NCBI RefSeq assembly: GCF_003334815.1
Contig: NZ_QOWO01000031.1
Source: Escherichia coli
GTDB lineage: Bacteria > Pseudomonadota > Gammaproteobacteria > Enterobacterales > Enterobacteriaceae
DNA length: 45,531 bases
Reading direction: 5' to 3' (one strand)
Positions 26,010 to 44,946 of this stretch are shown in pieces. How positions within the stretch are numbered: the stretch's first letter is position 1; each line of letters begins with the position of its first letter. The notes under the pieces were generated by a model. It was not told where the DNA came from and did not search any database. It saw only the letters and a program-made list of their open reading frames with translations. A program made the position numbers and the translations under genes.

Positions 26010-27152
26010 TTAGCGGTATTGCTTCAGCACCGCACGACCCAGCGTCAGGATCTGCATTTCGTCAGATCCTCCGGAAACGCGGTCTACACGCAGGTCACGC
26101 CAGAAGCGGCTGATGCGGTGGTTGCCCGCAATCCCGACACCGCCCAGCACCTGCATTGCGCTATCCACCACTTCAAATGCCGCATTGGCGCAGAAGTATT
26201 TGCACATCGCTGCATCGCCAGAGGTGATGGTGCCGTTGTCTGCTTTCCACGCTGCTTCATACAGCATGTTTTTCATGGAGTTTAATTTGATCGCCATGTG
26301 GGCGAATTTTTCCTGAATCAACTGGAAACGACCAATAGCCTCGCCAAACTGCACGCGCTGGTTGGCGTAGCGCGCCGCATCTTCAAAGGCGCACATCGCC
26401 GTACCGTAGTTGGTCAGGGCTACCAGGAAACGTTCATGGTCGAACTCTTCTTTGACGCGGTTAAAGCCGTTACCTTCCCGACCGAACATGTCTTTCTCGT
26501 CCAGTTCCACATCGTCAAAGGTGATTTCACAGCAGCTATCCATACGCAGACCGAGCTTCTCAAGTTTGGTCACTTTGATGCCCGGTTTGCTCATATCAAC
26601 AAACCATTCGGTGTAGACAGGTTTGTCCGGAGAAGCCCCGTCGCGCGCCATCACCACGATGTACGGGGTGTAGGCGCTACTGGTAATAAAACACTTACTA
26701 CCATTAAGATAAATCTTACCATTTCTACGGGTATAAGTCGTTTTCAGGCTACCCACGTCGGAGCCCGCGCCCGGTTCGGTAATCGCTGAGTTCCACATCT
26801 GCTTACCGGTGCCGCGGAAAGCCATAATCTTGTCGATCTGCTCTTGTGTGCCTTCGCGCAGGAAGGTATTGAACCCGCCCGGCAACTGGTACAGTACATA
26901 GGTTGGTGCCCCCAGACGTCCCAGCTCCATCCACACGGCGGCGAGAGTAACAAACCCCGCGTCCAGACCACCGTGCTCTTCAGGGATCAGCAGACTGTCG
27001 ATACCCATATCCGCCAGTGCTTTGACAAAACGTTCCGGGTAGACGCTGTCACGGTCGCACTCGGCAAAATAGGCCTCCCAGTTTTCGCTGGCCATCAGTT
27101 CGCGGATACCGGCGACAAACAGTTCCTGCTCATCATTTAAATTAAAATCCAT
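26010..27152 (-). CDS. caiA: Crotonobetainyl-CoA reductase (acyl-CoA dehydrogenase family)
   Basis: 380-aa ORF with an acyl-CoA dehydrogenase fold and FAD-binding regions. Confidence 0.95.
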
Positions 27153-27182
27153 CTTTCAACCTCTTGATATTTTGGGGGTTAA

Positions 27183-28700
<1,518 letters not shown>

Positions 28701-28836
28701 TTAATTCCACTGTGAAAACGAATATTTATTTTGCGTTCCCGTTTGTTTTATTTTTGTTAACATTTAATATAATTATTATTAACCTCGTGGACGCGTTAAT
28801 GGCTAACTCATAATGGGTATTCAATAAGCTGTATTC

Positions 28837-28852
28837 TGTGATTGGTATCACA
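28837..28852. promoter_or_regulatory. CRP binding site (perfect consensus palindrome) in the cai/fix divergent control region
   Basis: TGTGA-ttggta-TCACA: both half-sites match the CRP consensus exactly with 6-bp spacing, about 140 bp upstream of the caiT start. Confidence 0.75.
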
Positions 28853-28947
28853 TTTTTGTTTCGGGTGAATAGAGGGCGTTTTTTCGTTAATTTTGATTAA
28901 TAATCAGTTTGTTATGCTCTATTGTGAGTAAAAAAATAACATCTGAC

Positions 28948-28982
28948 TTTCAATATTGGTGATCCATAAAACAATATTGAAA
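28948..28982. promoter_or_regulatory. CaiF-type operator: 11-bp inverted-repeat half-sites separated by 13 bp
   Basis: TTTCAATATTG-(13 bp)-CAATATTGAAA, a perfect inverted repeat; this geometry matches what has been described for CaiF sites. Confidence 0.65.
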
Positions 28983-29004
28983 ATTTCTTTTTGCTACGCC
29001 GTGT

Positions 29005-29039
29005 TTTCAATATTGGTGAGGAACTTAACAATATTGAAA
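29005..29039. promoter_or_regulatory. Second CaiF-type operator (same 11-13-11 inverted repeat)
   Basis: TTTCAATATTG-(13 bp)-CAATATTGAAA, identical half-sites to the first operator, 57 bp downstream of it. Confidence 0.65.
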
Positions 29040-29063
29040 GTTGGATTTATCTGCGTGTGACAT

Positions 29064-29078
29064 TTTCAATATTGGTGA
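29064..29078. promoter_or_regulatory. Third copy of the TTTCAATATTGGTGA 15-mer (half-site only, no inverted partner)
   Basis: Exact third occurrence of the 15-mer shared by the two operators above, about 90 bp upstream of the fixA start; no matching CAATATTGAAA partner downstream. Confidence 0.4.
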
Positions 29079-29169
29079 TTAAAGTTTTATTTCCAAATTA
29101 AAGGGCGTGATATCTGTAATTAACACCACCGATATGAACGACGTTTCCTTCATGATTTCTGGAGATGCA

Positions 29170-29940
29170 ATGAAGATTATTACTTGCTATAAGTGCGTGC
29201 CTGATGAACAGGATATTGCGGTCAATAATGCTGATGGTTCATTAGACTTCAGCAAAGCCGATGCCAAAATAAGCCAATACGATCTCAACGCTATTGAAGC
29301 GGCTTGCCAGCTAAAGCAACAGGCAGCAGAGGCGCAGGTGACAGCCTTAAGTGTGGGCGGTAAAGCCCTGACCAACGCCAAAGGGCGTAAAGATGTGTTA
29401 TCGCGCGGCCCGGATGAACTGATTGTGGTAATTGATGACCAGTTCGAGCAGGCACTGCCGCAACAAACGGCGAGCGCACTGGCTGCAGCCGCCCAGAAAG
29501 CAGGCTTTGATTTGATCCTCTGTGGCGATGGTTCTTCCGACCTTTATGCCCAGCAGGTTGGTTTGCTGGTAGGCGAAATCCTCAATATTCCGGCAGTTAA
29601 CGGCGTCAGCAAAATTATCTCCCTGACTGCAGATACCCTCACCGTTGAGCGCGAACTGGAAGATGAAACCGAAACCTTAAGCATTCCGCTGCCTGCGGTT
29701 GTTGCTGTTTCCACTGATATCAATTCCCCACAAATTCCTTCGATGAAAGCCATTCTCGGCGCGGCGAAAAAGCCCGTCCAGGTATGGTCGGCGGCGGATA
29801 TTGGTTTTAACGCAGAGGCAGCCTGGTCAGAACAACAGGTTGCCGCGCCGAAACAGCGCGAACGTCAGCGCATCGTGATTGAAGGCGACGGCGAAGAACA
29901 GATCGCCGCATTTGCTGAAAATCTTCGCAAAGTCATTTAA
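29170..29940 (+). CDS. fixA: Electron-transfer flavoprotein beta-subunit homologue
   Basis: 256-aa [22 protein letters not shown]… (ETF beta family). ATG at 29170 is preceded by GGAGA; the tabulated 29107 start is an upstream extension. Confidence 0.93.
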
Positions 29941-29954
29941 TTACAGGGGATGCT

Positions 29955-30896
29955 ATGAACACGTTTTCTCAAGTCTGGGTATTCAGCGATACCCCTTCTC
30001 GTCTGCCGGAACTGATGAACGGTGCGCAGGCTTTAGCTAATCAAATCAACACCTTTGTCCTCAATGATGCCGACGGCGCACAGGCAATCCAGCTCGGCGC
30101 TAATCATGTCTGGAAATTAAACGGCAAACCGGACGATCGGATGATCGAAGATTACGCCGGTGTCATGGCTGACACTATTCGCCAGCACGGCGCAGACGGC
30201 CTGGTGCTGCTGCCAAACACCCGTCGCGGCAAATTACTGGCGGCAAAACTGGGTTATCGCCTTAAAGCGGCGGTGTCTAACGATGCCAGCACCGTCAGCG
30301 TACAGGACGGTAAAGCGACAGTGAAACACATGGTTTACGGTGGTCTGGCGATTGGCGAAGAACGCATTGCCACGCCGTATGCGGTACTGACCATCAGCAG
30401 CGGCACGTTCGATGCGGCTCAGCCAGACGCGTCACGCACTGGCGAAACGCACACCGTGGAGTGGCAGGCTCCGGCTGTGGCGATTACCCGCACGGCAACC
30501 CAGGCGCGCCAGAGCAACAGCGTCGATCTCGACAAAGCCCGTCTGGTGGTCAGCGTCGGTCGCGGTATTGGCAGCAAAGAGAACATTGCGCTGGCAGAAC
30601 AGCTTTGCAAGGCGATAGGTGCGGAGTTGGCCTGTTCTCGTCCGGTGGCGGAAAACGAAAAATGGATGGAGCACGAACGCTATGTCGGTATCTCCAACCT
30701 GATGCTGAAACCTGAACTGTACTTGGCGGTGGGGATCTCCGGGCAGATCCAGCACATGGTTGGCGCTAACGCGTCGCAAACCATTTTCGCCATCAATAAA
30801 GATAAAAATGCGCCGATCTTCCAGTACGCGGATTACGGCATTGTTGGCGACGCCGTGAAGATCCTTCCGGCGCTGACCGCAGCTTTAGCGCGTTGA
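29955..30896 (+). CDS. fixB: Electron-transfer flavoprotein alpha-subunit homologue
   Basis: 313-aa ORF of the ETF alpha family with a C-terminal FAD-binding domain. Confidence 0.93.
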
Positions 30897-30946
30897 TCCA
30901 CTCTGGCAGGGCTGCATTTTGGCCCTGCCGCTGACAGGGAGCTCTT

Positions 30947-32233
30947 ATGTCCGAAGATATCTTTGACGCCATCATCGTCGGTGCAGGGCTTGCCGGTTCG
31001 GTTGCCGCACTGGTGCTCGCCCGCGAAGGTGCGCAAGTGTTAGTTATCGAGCGTGGCAATTCCGCAGGTGCCAAGAACGTCACCGGCGGGCGTCTCTATG
31101 CCCACAGTCTGGAACACATTATTCCTGGTTTCGCCGACTCCGCCCCCGTAGAACGCCTGATCACCCATGAAAAACTCGCGTTTATGACGGAAAAGTCAGC
31201 GATGACTATGGACTACTGCAATGGTGACGAAACCTCGCCATCCCAGCGTTCTTACTCCGTTTTGCGCAGTAAATTTGATGCCTGGCTGATGGAGCAGGCC
31301 GAAGAAGCGGGCGCGCAGTTAATTACCGGGATCCGCGTCGATAACCTCGTACAGCGCGATGGCAAAGTCGTCGGTGTAGAAGCCGATGGCGATGTGATTG
31401 AAGCGAAAACGGTGATCCTTGCTGATGGGGTGAACTCCATCCTTGCCGAAAAATTGGGGATGGCAAAACGCGTCAAACCGACGGATGTGGCGGTTGGCGT
31501 GAAGGAACTGATCGAGTTACCGAAGTCGGTTATTGAAGACCGTTTTCAGTTGCAGGGTAATCAGGGGGCGGCTTGCCTGTTTGCGGGATCACCCACCGAT
31601 GGCCTGATGGGCGGCGGCTTCCTTTATACCAATGAAAACACCCTGTCGCTGGGGCTGGTTTGTGGTTTGCATCATCTGCATGACGCGAAAAAATCGGTGC
31701 CGCAAATGCTGGAAGATTTCAAACAGCATCCGGCCGTTGCACCGCTGATCGCGGGCGGCAAGCTGGTGGAATATTCCGCTCACGTAGTGCCGGAAGCAGG
31801 CATCAACATGCTGCCGGAGTTGGTTGGTGACGGCGTATTGATTGCCGGTGATGCCGCCGGAATGTGTATGAACCTCGGTTTTACCATTCGCGGTATGGAT
31901 CTGGCGATTGCCGCCGGGGAAGCCGCAGCAAAAACCGTGCTTTCAGCGATGAAAAGCGACGATTTCAGTAAGCAAAAACTGGCGGAATATCGTCAGCATC
32001 TTGAGAGTGGTCCGCTGCGCGATATGCGTATGTACCAGAAACTACCGGCGTTCCTTGATAACCCACGCATGTTTAGCGGCTACCCGGAGCTGGCGGTGGG
32101 TGTGGCGCGTGACCTGTTCACCATTGATGGCAGCGCGCCGGAACTGATGCGCAAGAAAATCCTCCGCCACGGCAAGAAAGTGGGCTTCATCAATCTAATC
32201 AAGGATGGCATGAAAGGAGTGACCGTTTTATGA
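30947..32233 (+). CDS. fixC: FAD-dependent oxidoreductase (ETF-quinone oxidoreductase-like)
   Basis: 428-aa ORF with N-terminal FAD-binding motif (IIVGAGLAGSVAAL). Stop overlaps the fixX start (ATGA). Confidence 0.93.
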   Translation: MSEDIFDAIIVGAGLAGSVAALVLAREGAQVLVIERGNSAGAKNVTGGRLYAHSLEHIIPGFADSAPVERLITHEKLAFMTEKSAMTMDYCNGDETSPSQRSYSVLRSKFDAWLMEQAEEAGAQLITGIRVDNLVQRDGKVVGVEADGDVIEAKTVILADGVNSILAEKLGMAKRVKPTDVAVGVKELIELPKSVIEDRFQLQGNQGAACLFAGSPTDGLMGGGFLYTNENTLSLGLVCGLHHLHDAKKSVPQMLEDFKQHPAVAPLIAGGKLVEYSAHVVPEAGINMLPELVGDGVLIAGDAAGMCMNLGFTIRGMDLAIAAGEAAAKTVLSAMKSDDFSKQKLAEYRQHLESGPLRDMRMYQKLPAFLDNPRMFSGYPELAVGVARDLFTIDGSAPELMRKKILRHGKKVGFINLIKDGMKGVTVL

Positions 32234-32517
32234 CTTCTCCCGTCAATGTGGACGTCAAACTGGGCGTCAATAAATTCAATGTCGATGAAGAGCATCCGCA
32301 CATTGTTGTGAAGGCCGATGCTGATAAACAGGCGCTGGAGCTGCTGGTGAAAGCGTGCCCCGCAGGTCTGTACAAGAAGCAGGATGACGGCAGTGTGCGC
32401 TTCGATTACGCCGGATGTCTGGAGTGCGGCACCTGTCGCATTCTGGGGCTGGGGTCGGCGCTGGAACAGTGGGAATACCCGCGCGGCACCTTTGGTGTGG
32501 AGTTCCGTTACGGCTGA
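32230..32517 (+). CDS. fixX: Ferredoxin-like protein
   Basis: 95-aa ORF with Cys motifs (CPAGLY…CLECGTC) typical of ferredoxin-like proteins accompanying ETF-QO homologues. Confidence 0.9.
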   Translation: MTSPVNVDVKLGVNKFNVDEEHPHIVVKADADKQALELLVKACPAGLYKKQDDGSVRFDYAGCLECGTCRILGLGSALEQWEYPRGTFGVEFRYG

Positions 32518-32573
32518 TGTTGGTTTGATACGTAACGCCGCACTGACTCTCATTGCAAAAAACAGGAATAACC

Positions 32574-33905
32574 ATGCAACCGTCCAGAAACTTTGACGAT
32601 CTCAAATTCTCCTCTATTCACCGCCGCATTTTGCTGTGGGGAAGCGGTGGTCCGTTTCTGGATGGTTATGTACTGGTAATGATTGGCGTGGCGCTGGAGC
32701 AACTGACGCCGGCGCTGAAACTGGACGCTGACTGGATTGGCTTGCTGGGCGCGGGAACGCTCGCCGGGCTGTTCGTTGGCACATCGCTGTTTGGTTATAT
32801 TTCCGATAAAGTCGGACGGCGCAAAATGTTCCTCATTGATATCATCGCCATCGGCGTGATATCGGTGGCGACGATGTTTGTTTCATCCCCCGTCGAACTG
32901 TTGGTGATGCGGGTACTTATCGGCATTGTCATCGGTGCAGATTATCCCATCGCCACCTCAATGATCACCGAGTTCTCCAGTACCCGTCAGCGGGCGTTTT
33001 CCATCAGCTTTATTGCCGCGATGTGGTATGTCGGCGCGACCTGTGCCGATCTGGTCGGCTACTGGCTTTATGATGTGGAAGGCGGCTGGCGCTGGATGCT
33101 GGGTAGCGCGGCGATCCCCTGTTTGTTGATTTTGATTGGTCGATTCGAACTGCCTGAATCTCCCCGCTGGTTATTACGCAAAGGGCGAGTAAAAGAGTGC
33201 GAAGAGATGATGATCAAACTGTTTGGCGAACCGGTGGCTTTCGATGAAGAGCAGCCGCAGCAAACCCGTTTTCGCGATCTGTTTAATCGCCGCCATTTTC
33301 CTTTTGTTCTGTTTGTTGCCGCCATCTGGACCTGCCAGGTGATCCCAATGTTCGCCATTTACACCTTTGGCCCGCAAATCGTTGGTTTGTTGGGATTGGG
33401 GGTTGGCAAAAACGCGGCACTAGGGAATGTGGTGATTAGCCTGTTCTTTATGCTCGGCTGTATTCCGCCGATGCTGTGGTTAAACACTGCCGGACGGCGT
33501 CCATTGTTGATTGGCAGCTTTGCCATGATGACGCTGGCGCTGGCGGTTTTGGGGCTAATCCCGGATATGGGGATCTGGCTGGTAGTGATGGCCTTTGCGG
33601 TGTATGCCTTTTTCTCTGGCGGGCCGGGTAATTTGCAGTGGCTCTATCCTAATGAACTCTTCCCGACAGATATCCGCGCCTCTGCCGTGGGCGTGATTAT
33701 GTCCTTAAGTCGTATTGGCACCATTGTTTCGACCTGGGCACTACCGATCTTTATCAATAATTACGGTATCAGTAACACGATGCTAATGGGGGCGGGTATC
33801 TCGCTGTTTGGCTTGTTGATTTCCGTAGCGTTTGCCCCGGAGACTCGAGGGATGTCACTGGCGCAGACCAGCAATATGACGATCCGCGGGCAGAGAATGG
33901 GGTAA
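32574..33905 (+). CDS. yaaU: Putative MFS-family transporter
   Basis: 443-aa 12-TM-type ORF with MFS signature (…GYISDKVGRRKMF…). ATG at 32574 is preceded by AGGA; the tabulated 32553 start is a TTG extension. Confidence 0.88.
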   Translation: MQPSRNFDDLKFSSIHRRILLWGSGGPFLDGYVLVMIGVALEQLTPALKLDADWIGLLGAGTLAGLFVGTSLFGYISDKVGRRKMFLIDIIAIGVISVATMFVSSPVELLVMRVLIGIVIGADYPIATSMITEFSSTRQRAFSISFIAAMWYVGATCADLVGYWLYDVEGGWRWMLGSAAIPCLLILIGRFELPESPRWLLRKGRVKECEEMMIKLFGEPVAFDEEQPQQTRFRDLFNRRHFPFVLFVAAIWTCQVIPMFAIYTFGPQIVGLLGLGVGKNAALGNVVISLFFMLGCIPPMLWLNTAGRRPLLIGSFAMMTLALAVLGLIPDMGIWLVVMAFAVYAFFSGGPGNLQWLYPNELFPTDIRASAVGVIMSLSRIGTIVSTWALPIFINNYGISNTMLMGAGISLFGLLISVAFAPETRGMSLAQTSNMTIRGQRMG

Positions 33906-34012
33906 ATTGTTCAGATTTCTCTCTTTTCTGAATCAATATTATTGACTATAAGCCGCGTGAATATATGACTACACTTTGTGGGAAAACAAAGGCGTAATCA
34001 CGCGGGCTACCT

Positions 34013-34535
34013 ATGATTCTTATAATTTATGCGCATCCGTATCCGCATCATTCCCATGCGAATAAACGGATGCTTGAACAGGCAAGGACGCTGGAAGGCG
34101 TCGAAATTCGCTCTCTTTATCAACTCTATCCTGACTTCAATATCGATATTGCCGCCGAGCAGGAGGCGCTGTCTCGCGCCGATCTGATCGTCTGGCAGCA
34201 TCCGATGCAGTGGTACAGCATTCCTCCGCTCCTCAAACTTTGGATCGATAAAGTTTTCTCCCACGGCTGGGCTTACGGTCATGGCGGCACGGCGCTGCAT
34301 GGCAAACATTTGCTGTGGGCGGTGACGACCGGCGGCGGGGAAAGCCATTTTGAAATTGGTGCGCATCCGGGCTTTGATGTGCTGTCGCAGCCGCTACAGG
34401 CGACGGCAATCTACTGCGGGCTGAACTGGCTGCCACCGTTTGCCATGCACTGCACCTTTATTTGTGACGACGAAACCCTCGAAGGGCAGGCGCGTCACTA
34501 TAAGCAACGTCTGCTGGAATGGCAGGAGGCCCATC

Positions 34536-34543
<8 letters not shown>
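34013..34543 (+). CDS. kefF: Glutathione-regulated K+ efflux system ancillary protein (flavodoxin-like quinone oxidoreductase)
   Basis: 176-aa [26 protein letters not shown]… of the flavodoxin-like NAD(P)H oxidoreductase family; overlaps the kefC start by 8 nt. Confidence 0.93.
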
Positions 34544-37069
<2,526 letters not shown>

Positions 37070-37093
37070 TTTTGTATAGAATTTACGGCTAGC

Positions 37094-37127
37094 GCCGGAT
37101 GCGACGCCGGTCGCGTCTTATCCGGCC
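37094..37127. repeat. REP element after folA
   Basis: GCCGGATGCGACGCCGGTCGCGTCTTATCCGGCC, a typical REP palindromic unit between convergent folA and apaH. Confidence 0.8.
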
Positions 37128-37146
37128 TTCCTATATCAGGCTGTGT

Positions 37147-37989
37147 TTAAGACGCCGCCGCTTCGCCCAAATCCTTATGCCGGTTCGACGGCTGGACAAA
37201 ATACTGTTTATCTTCCCAGCGCAGGCAGGTTAATGTACCACCCCAGCAGCAGCCGGTATCCAGCGCGTATATACCTTCCGGCGTACCTTTGCCCTCCAGC
37301 GATGCCCAGTGACCAAAGGCGATGCTGTATTCTTCAGCGACAGGGCCAGGAATCGCAAACCACGGTTTCAGTGGGGCAGGGGCCTCTTCCGGCGATTCTT
37401 TGCTGTACATATCCAGTTGACCGTTCGGGAAGCAAAAACGCATACGGGTAAAAGCGTTGGTGATAAAACGCAGTCTTCCCAGCCCCCGCAATTCCGGTGA
37501 CCAGTTATTTGGCATATCGCCGTACATGGCATCAAGAAAGAAGGGATAGGAGTCACTCGATAGCACCGCTTCTACATCGCGTGCGCACTCTTTGGCGGTC
37601 TGCAGATCCCACTGCGGCGTGATCCCTGCGTGGGCCATCACCAGCTTTTTCTCTTCGTCGATTTGCAGCAGAGGCTGGCGCCGCAGCCAGTTAAGCAGCT
37701 CGTCGGCATCCGGCGCTTCCAGCAGCGGTGTCAGGCGATCTTTCGGTTTATTGCGGCTGATCCCGGCAAATACCGCCAGCAGATGCAGATCGTGATTGCC
37801 CAGCACCAGACGTACGCTGTCGCCTAAGGATTTCACATAGCGCAGAACATCCAGCGAACCCGGCCCGCGCGCGACCAGATCGCCCGTCAGCCAGAGGGTA
37901 TCTTTCCCAGGGGTAAATTCTACTTTATGCAGCAATGCGATCAGTTCATCGTAACAACCATGAACGTCGCCAATAAGGTATGTCGCCAT
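37147..37989 (-). CDS. apaH: Bis(5'-nucleosyl)-tetraphosphatase, symmetrical (Ap4A hydrolase)
   Basis: 280-aa ORF with metallophosphatase motifs ([16 protein letters not shown]…GNHD). Confidence 0.95.
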
Positions 37990-37995
37990 ATTCTT

Positions 37996-38373
37996 TTAAT
38001 GAATGAGTGTGGGAACGGCGAGTCGGAATACGGGAATGTCGATGCTGAAAGGGACGCCATTTTCATCGATCATTTCGTAGTGACCCTGCATGGTGCCCAG
38101 CGGGGTTTCAATGATTGCACCGCTGGTGTACTGGTACTCTTCGCCAGGCGCGATAAGTGGCTGGACGCCAACCACTCCTTCGCCCTGGACTTCGGTTTCA
38201 CGGCCATTGCCATTGGTGATCAGCCAGTAACGCCCCAACAACTGCACTGGCGCTCGCCCCAGATTGCGTATGGTTACGGTATAAGCAAAAACGTAACGTT
38301 CATTATCAGGTGAAGATTGAGCCTCAATGTAGACGCTTTGAACCTGAATACACACTCGGGGCGAATTGATCAT
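37996..38373 (-). CDS. apaG: ApaG domain protein
   Basis: 125-aa [32 protein letters not shown]… conserved between rsmA and apaH. The tabulated 143-aa ORF is an upstream extension overlapping rsmA. Confidence 0.9.
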   Translation of the reverse strand: MINSPRVCIQVQSVYIEAQSSPDNERYVFAYTVTIRNLGRAPVQLLGRYWLITNGNGRETEVQGEGVVGVQPLIAPGEEYQYTSGAIIETPLGTMQGHYEMIDENGVPFSIDIPVFRLAVPTLIH

Positions 38374-38375
38374 CG

Positions 38376-41469
<3,094 letters not shown>

Positions 41470-41521
41470 ACTTTTTCCATTTCAATTAACCGCACTGCGG
41501 ATTACGTGGTAAATCAACAAA

Positions 41522-43876
41522 TCACAAAGTGTTTTGATACGGCAGAATGTTCGAACGCAGCATCTCTTGCGTACCCAGACCGTAGTTGGAGCTCAGGCCG
41601 CGAAGTTCGATGTTAAAGCCGATTGCGTTGTCATATACCGCATGTTGTTTATCGTTATCCCAACCGTTCAGCTTCCGCTCGTAACCGACGCGAATTGCAT
41701 AGCAGCAGGAGCTGTATTGCACACCTAACATAGAGTCGGCTTGCTTGTTAGCATTGGTGTCGTAGTAGTAGGCCCCAACAATGGACCAACGATCGGCAAT
41801 TGGCCAGCTGGCGACAGCACCTACCTGCGAAATACCATTCTTATATTGCTCAGCAGTGGAATAGTACTTAGGCAGCGTAGCCTGAATATATTCCGGGCTG
41901 GCGTAACGGTAATTCAGCTGTACCAGACGGTCTTCATCCCGACGGTATTCAATGCTGGAGTTACTGGTCGCTACGTTATCCAGACGTGTATCGTACTGAA
42001 TCCCGCCACGCAATCCCCAACGCTCGGAGATACGCCAGTAAGTATCGCCTGCCCACACCAGTGAACCCGTTTTGTCGTCATTCTCCCATGTTATGTTGTC
42101 ATCGCCAGTGCGAGACTCCGTGAAATAGTAGATTTGACCAACGGAAATATTAAAACGTTCAACGGCAGCATCATCATATATGCGAGATGTGACACCGGTC
42201 GTCACCTGGTTAGCGGAGGCAATACGGTCAAGACCGCCGTAAGTCCGGTCCCGGAACAGGCCAGAGTAGTCAGATTGCAGCAGAGACGAGTCGTAGTTAT
42301 AGATGTCGCTCTGATCGCGATACGGCACGTACAAATACTGCGCGCGCGGTTCCAGCGTTTGGGTATAACCCGGAGCCAGCATTTCCATATCGCGTTCAAA
42401 GACCATTTTGCCGTCAACTTTGAATTGCGGCATTACGCGGTTAACGGATTCGTCCAGCTTGGTCGTGTTTCTGGAGTTATACCAGTCAAGATTGGTTTGC
42501 TGATAATGGGTTGCCAGCAACTTCGCTTCGGTATTGATGCTGCCCCAGTTATTAGAGAGCGGCAAATTGATGGTCGGTTCCAGGTGAACACGGGTTGCTT
42601 CAGGCATGTCGTCTCTGGTGTTAACAAAGTGCACTGCCTGGCCGTAAATACGCGTATCAAACGGACCAACATCATTCTGGTAGTAATTAACGTCTAACTG
42701 CGGCTCTGCCGAGTAGCTACTGGTGTTCTGTTCGCTGAAAACCTGGAACTGCTTGGTTGAAACGGTGGCATTGAAGTTTTGCACCGCATAGCCAACGCTG
42801 AATTTTTGCGTTGCGTAGCCGTCAGTACTGGAACCGTACTTGTTATCGAAATCATTGAAGTAGCTAGGATCGCTGACCTTGGTGTAGTCGACGTTGAAAC
42901 GCCACACCTGATCCATGACCCCGGAGTGGTTCCAGTAGAATAACCAACGACGTGAACTGTCATCGTTCGGGTGTTCATCTTCATAGACTTTATCTGAAGG
43001 CAGATAGTCCAGTTCCATCAAGCCAGCGCCCGCCTGGGAGAGGTAGCGGAATTCGTTCTCCCACATGATGTTGCCACGACGATGCATATAATGCGGCGTG
43101 ATGGTGGCATCCATATTTGGCGCGATGTTCCAGTAATATGGCAGGTAGAACTCAAAGTAGTTGGTGGTGGTGTACTTGGCGTTCGGGATCAAGAAACCAG
43201 AGCGACGTTTGTCACCCACCGGCAACTGCAAATAGGGGCTATAAAAGATCGGTACCGGACCCACCTTAAAGCGGGCGTTCCAGATCTCCGCAACTTGTTC
43301 TTCGCGGTCATGAATAATTTCGCTACCTACCACGCTCCAGGTGTCAGAACCCGGCAGACAGGAGGTAAAGCTACCGTTATCCAGAATGGTATAGCGGTTT
43401 TCGCCACGTTGTTTCATCAGGTCCGCTTTACCGCGACCCTGGCGACCCACCATCTGGTAATCACCTTCCCAGACGTTGGTATCTTTGGTGTTCAGATTCG
43501 CCCAGCCTTTCGGCCCTTTGAGGATCACCTGGTTATCGTCGTAATGGACATTACCGAGCGCATCAACGGTACGTACCGGCTCCGGTTGTCCTGGTGCCTC
43601 TTTTTGATGGAGCTGCACTTCGTCGGCCTGCAGACGGCTGTTACCCTGCATGATATCCACGCTGCCAGTAAACACGGCGTCATCCGGGTAGTCCCCTTTC
43701 GCGTGGTCAGCATTGATAGTCACGGGTAAGTCATTGGTATCGCCCTGTACCAGAGGACGGTCATAGCTTGGCACGCCCAACATGCACTGTGAGGCGAGGT
43801 CGGCTGCCAGTCCCTGTTGACTATAAAGGGCGGTGGCAATCATGGTGGCCAGGAGAGTGGGGATACGTTTTTTCAT
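41522..43876 (-). CDS. lptD: LPS-assembly outer-membrane protein LptD
   Basis: 784-aa ORF with signal peptide ([24 protein letters not shown]) and a large aromatic-rich beta-barrel; conserved position upstream of surA. Confidence 0.95.
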
Positions 43877-44130
43877 ACGTTGATTTTATTGTTCCATCAT
43901 CGGTAACGTTGCGCGTGACAAACGGTCAGAGACTAACGTACTCGTCATCTCTACGCTAGTGTTAATCCTGTCCGAATAGCGTCAGTGGTGTTAGGCACGG
44001 CATTGAATGACAGGTATGATAATGCAAATTATAGGCGATGTCCCACAATTGACCGCAGCCGGAAAACGGTAAAAGCACCTTTATATTGTGGGAGATAGCC
44101 CTGATATCCGTGTGTCGATTTGGGGAATAT

Positions 44131-44946
44131 ATGCAGTATTGGGGAAAAATCATTGGCGTGGCCGTGGCCTTACTGATGGGCGGCGGCTTTTGGGGCGTAG
44201 TGTTAGGCCTGTTAATTGGCCATATGTTTGATAAAGCCCGTAGCCGTAAAATGGCGTGGTTCGCCAACCAGCGTGAGCGTCAGGCGCTGTTTTTTGCCAC
44301 CACTTTTGAAGTGATGGGGCATTTAACCAAATCCAAAGGTCGCGTCACGGAGGCTGATATTCATATCGCCAGCCAGTTGATGGACCGAATGAATCTTCAT
44401 GGCGCTTCCCGTACTGCGGCGCAAAATGCGTTCCGGGTGGGAAAATCAGACAATTACCCGCTGCGCGAAAAGATGCGCCAGTTTCGCAGTGTCTGCTTTG
44501 GTCGTTTTGACTTAATTCGTATGTTTCTGGAGATCCAGATTCAGGCGGCGTTTGCTGATGGTTCACTGCACCCGAATGAACGGGCGGTGCTGTATGTCAT
44601 TGCAGAAGAATTAGGGATCTCCCGCGCTCAGTTTGACCAGTTTTTGCGCATGATGCAGGGCGGTGCACAGTTTGGCGGCGGTTATCAGCAGCAAACTGGC
44701 GGTGGTAACTGGCAGCAAGCGCAGCGTGGCCCAACGCTGGAAGATGCCTGTAATGTGCTGGGCGTGAAGCCGACGGATGATGCGACCACCATCAAACGTG
44801 CCTACCGTAAGCTGATGAGTGAACACCATCCCGATAAGCTGGTGGCGAAAGGTTTGCCGCCTGAGATGATGGAGATGGCGAAGCAGAAAGCGCAGGAAAT
44901 TCAGCAGGCATATGAGCTGATAAAGCAGCAGAAAGGGTTTAAATGA
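44131..44946 (+). CDS. djlA: DnaJ-like membrane co-chaperone DjlA
   Basis: 271-aa [36 protein letters not shown]… with an N-terminal TM segment, a Gly/Gln-rich linker and a C-terminal J-domain containing HPD (…MSEHHPDKL…). The tabulated 44086 start is an extension. Confidence 0.93.
   Translation: MQYWGKIIGVAVALLMGGGFWGVVLGLLIGHMFDKARSRKMAWFANQRERQALFFATTFEVMGHLTKSKGRVTEADIHIASQLMDRMNLHGASRTAAQNAFRVGKSDNYPLREKMRQFRSVCFGRFDLIRMFLEIQIQAAFADGSLHPNERAVLYVIAEELGISRAQFDQFLRMMQGGAQFGGGYQQQTGGGNWQQAQRGPTLEDACNVLGVKPTDDATTIKRAYRKLMSEHHPDKLVAKGLPPEMMEMAKQKAQEIQQAYELIKQQKGFK

Noticed and set aside
28944-29084. Possible small CRISPR-like array suggested by a 15-mer repeated three times at ~57-59 bp intervals
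   Set aside because: Repeat is only 15 bp, the intervening sequence contains the inverted partner half-sites, and the context is the cai/fix regulatory region; it fits transcription-factor operators, not CRISPR.
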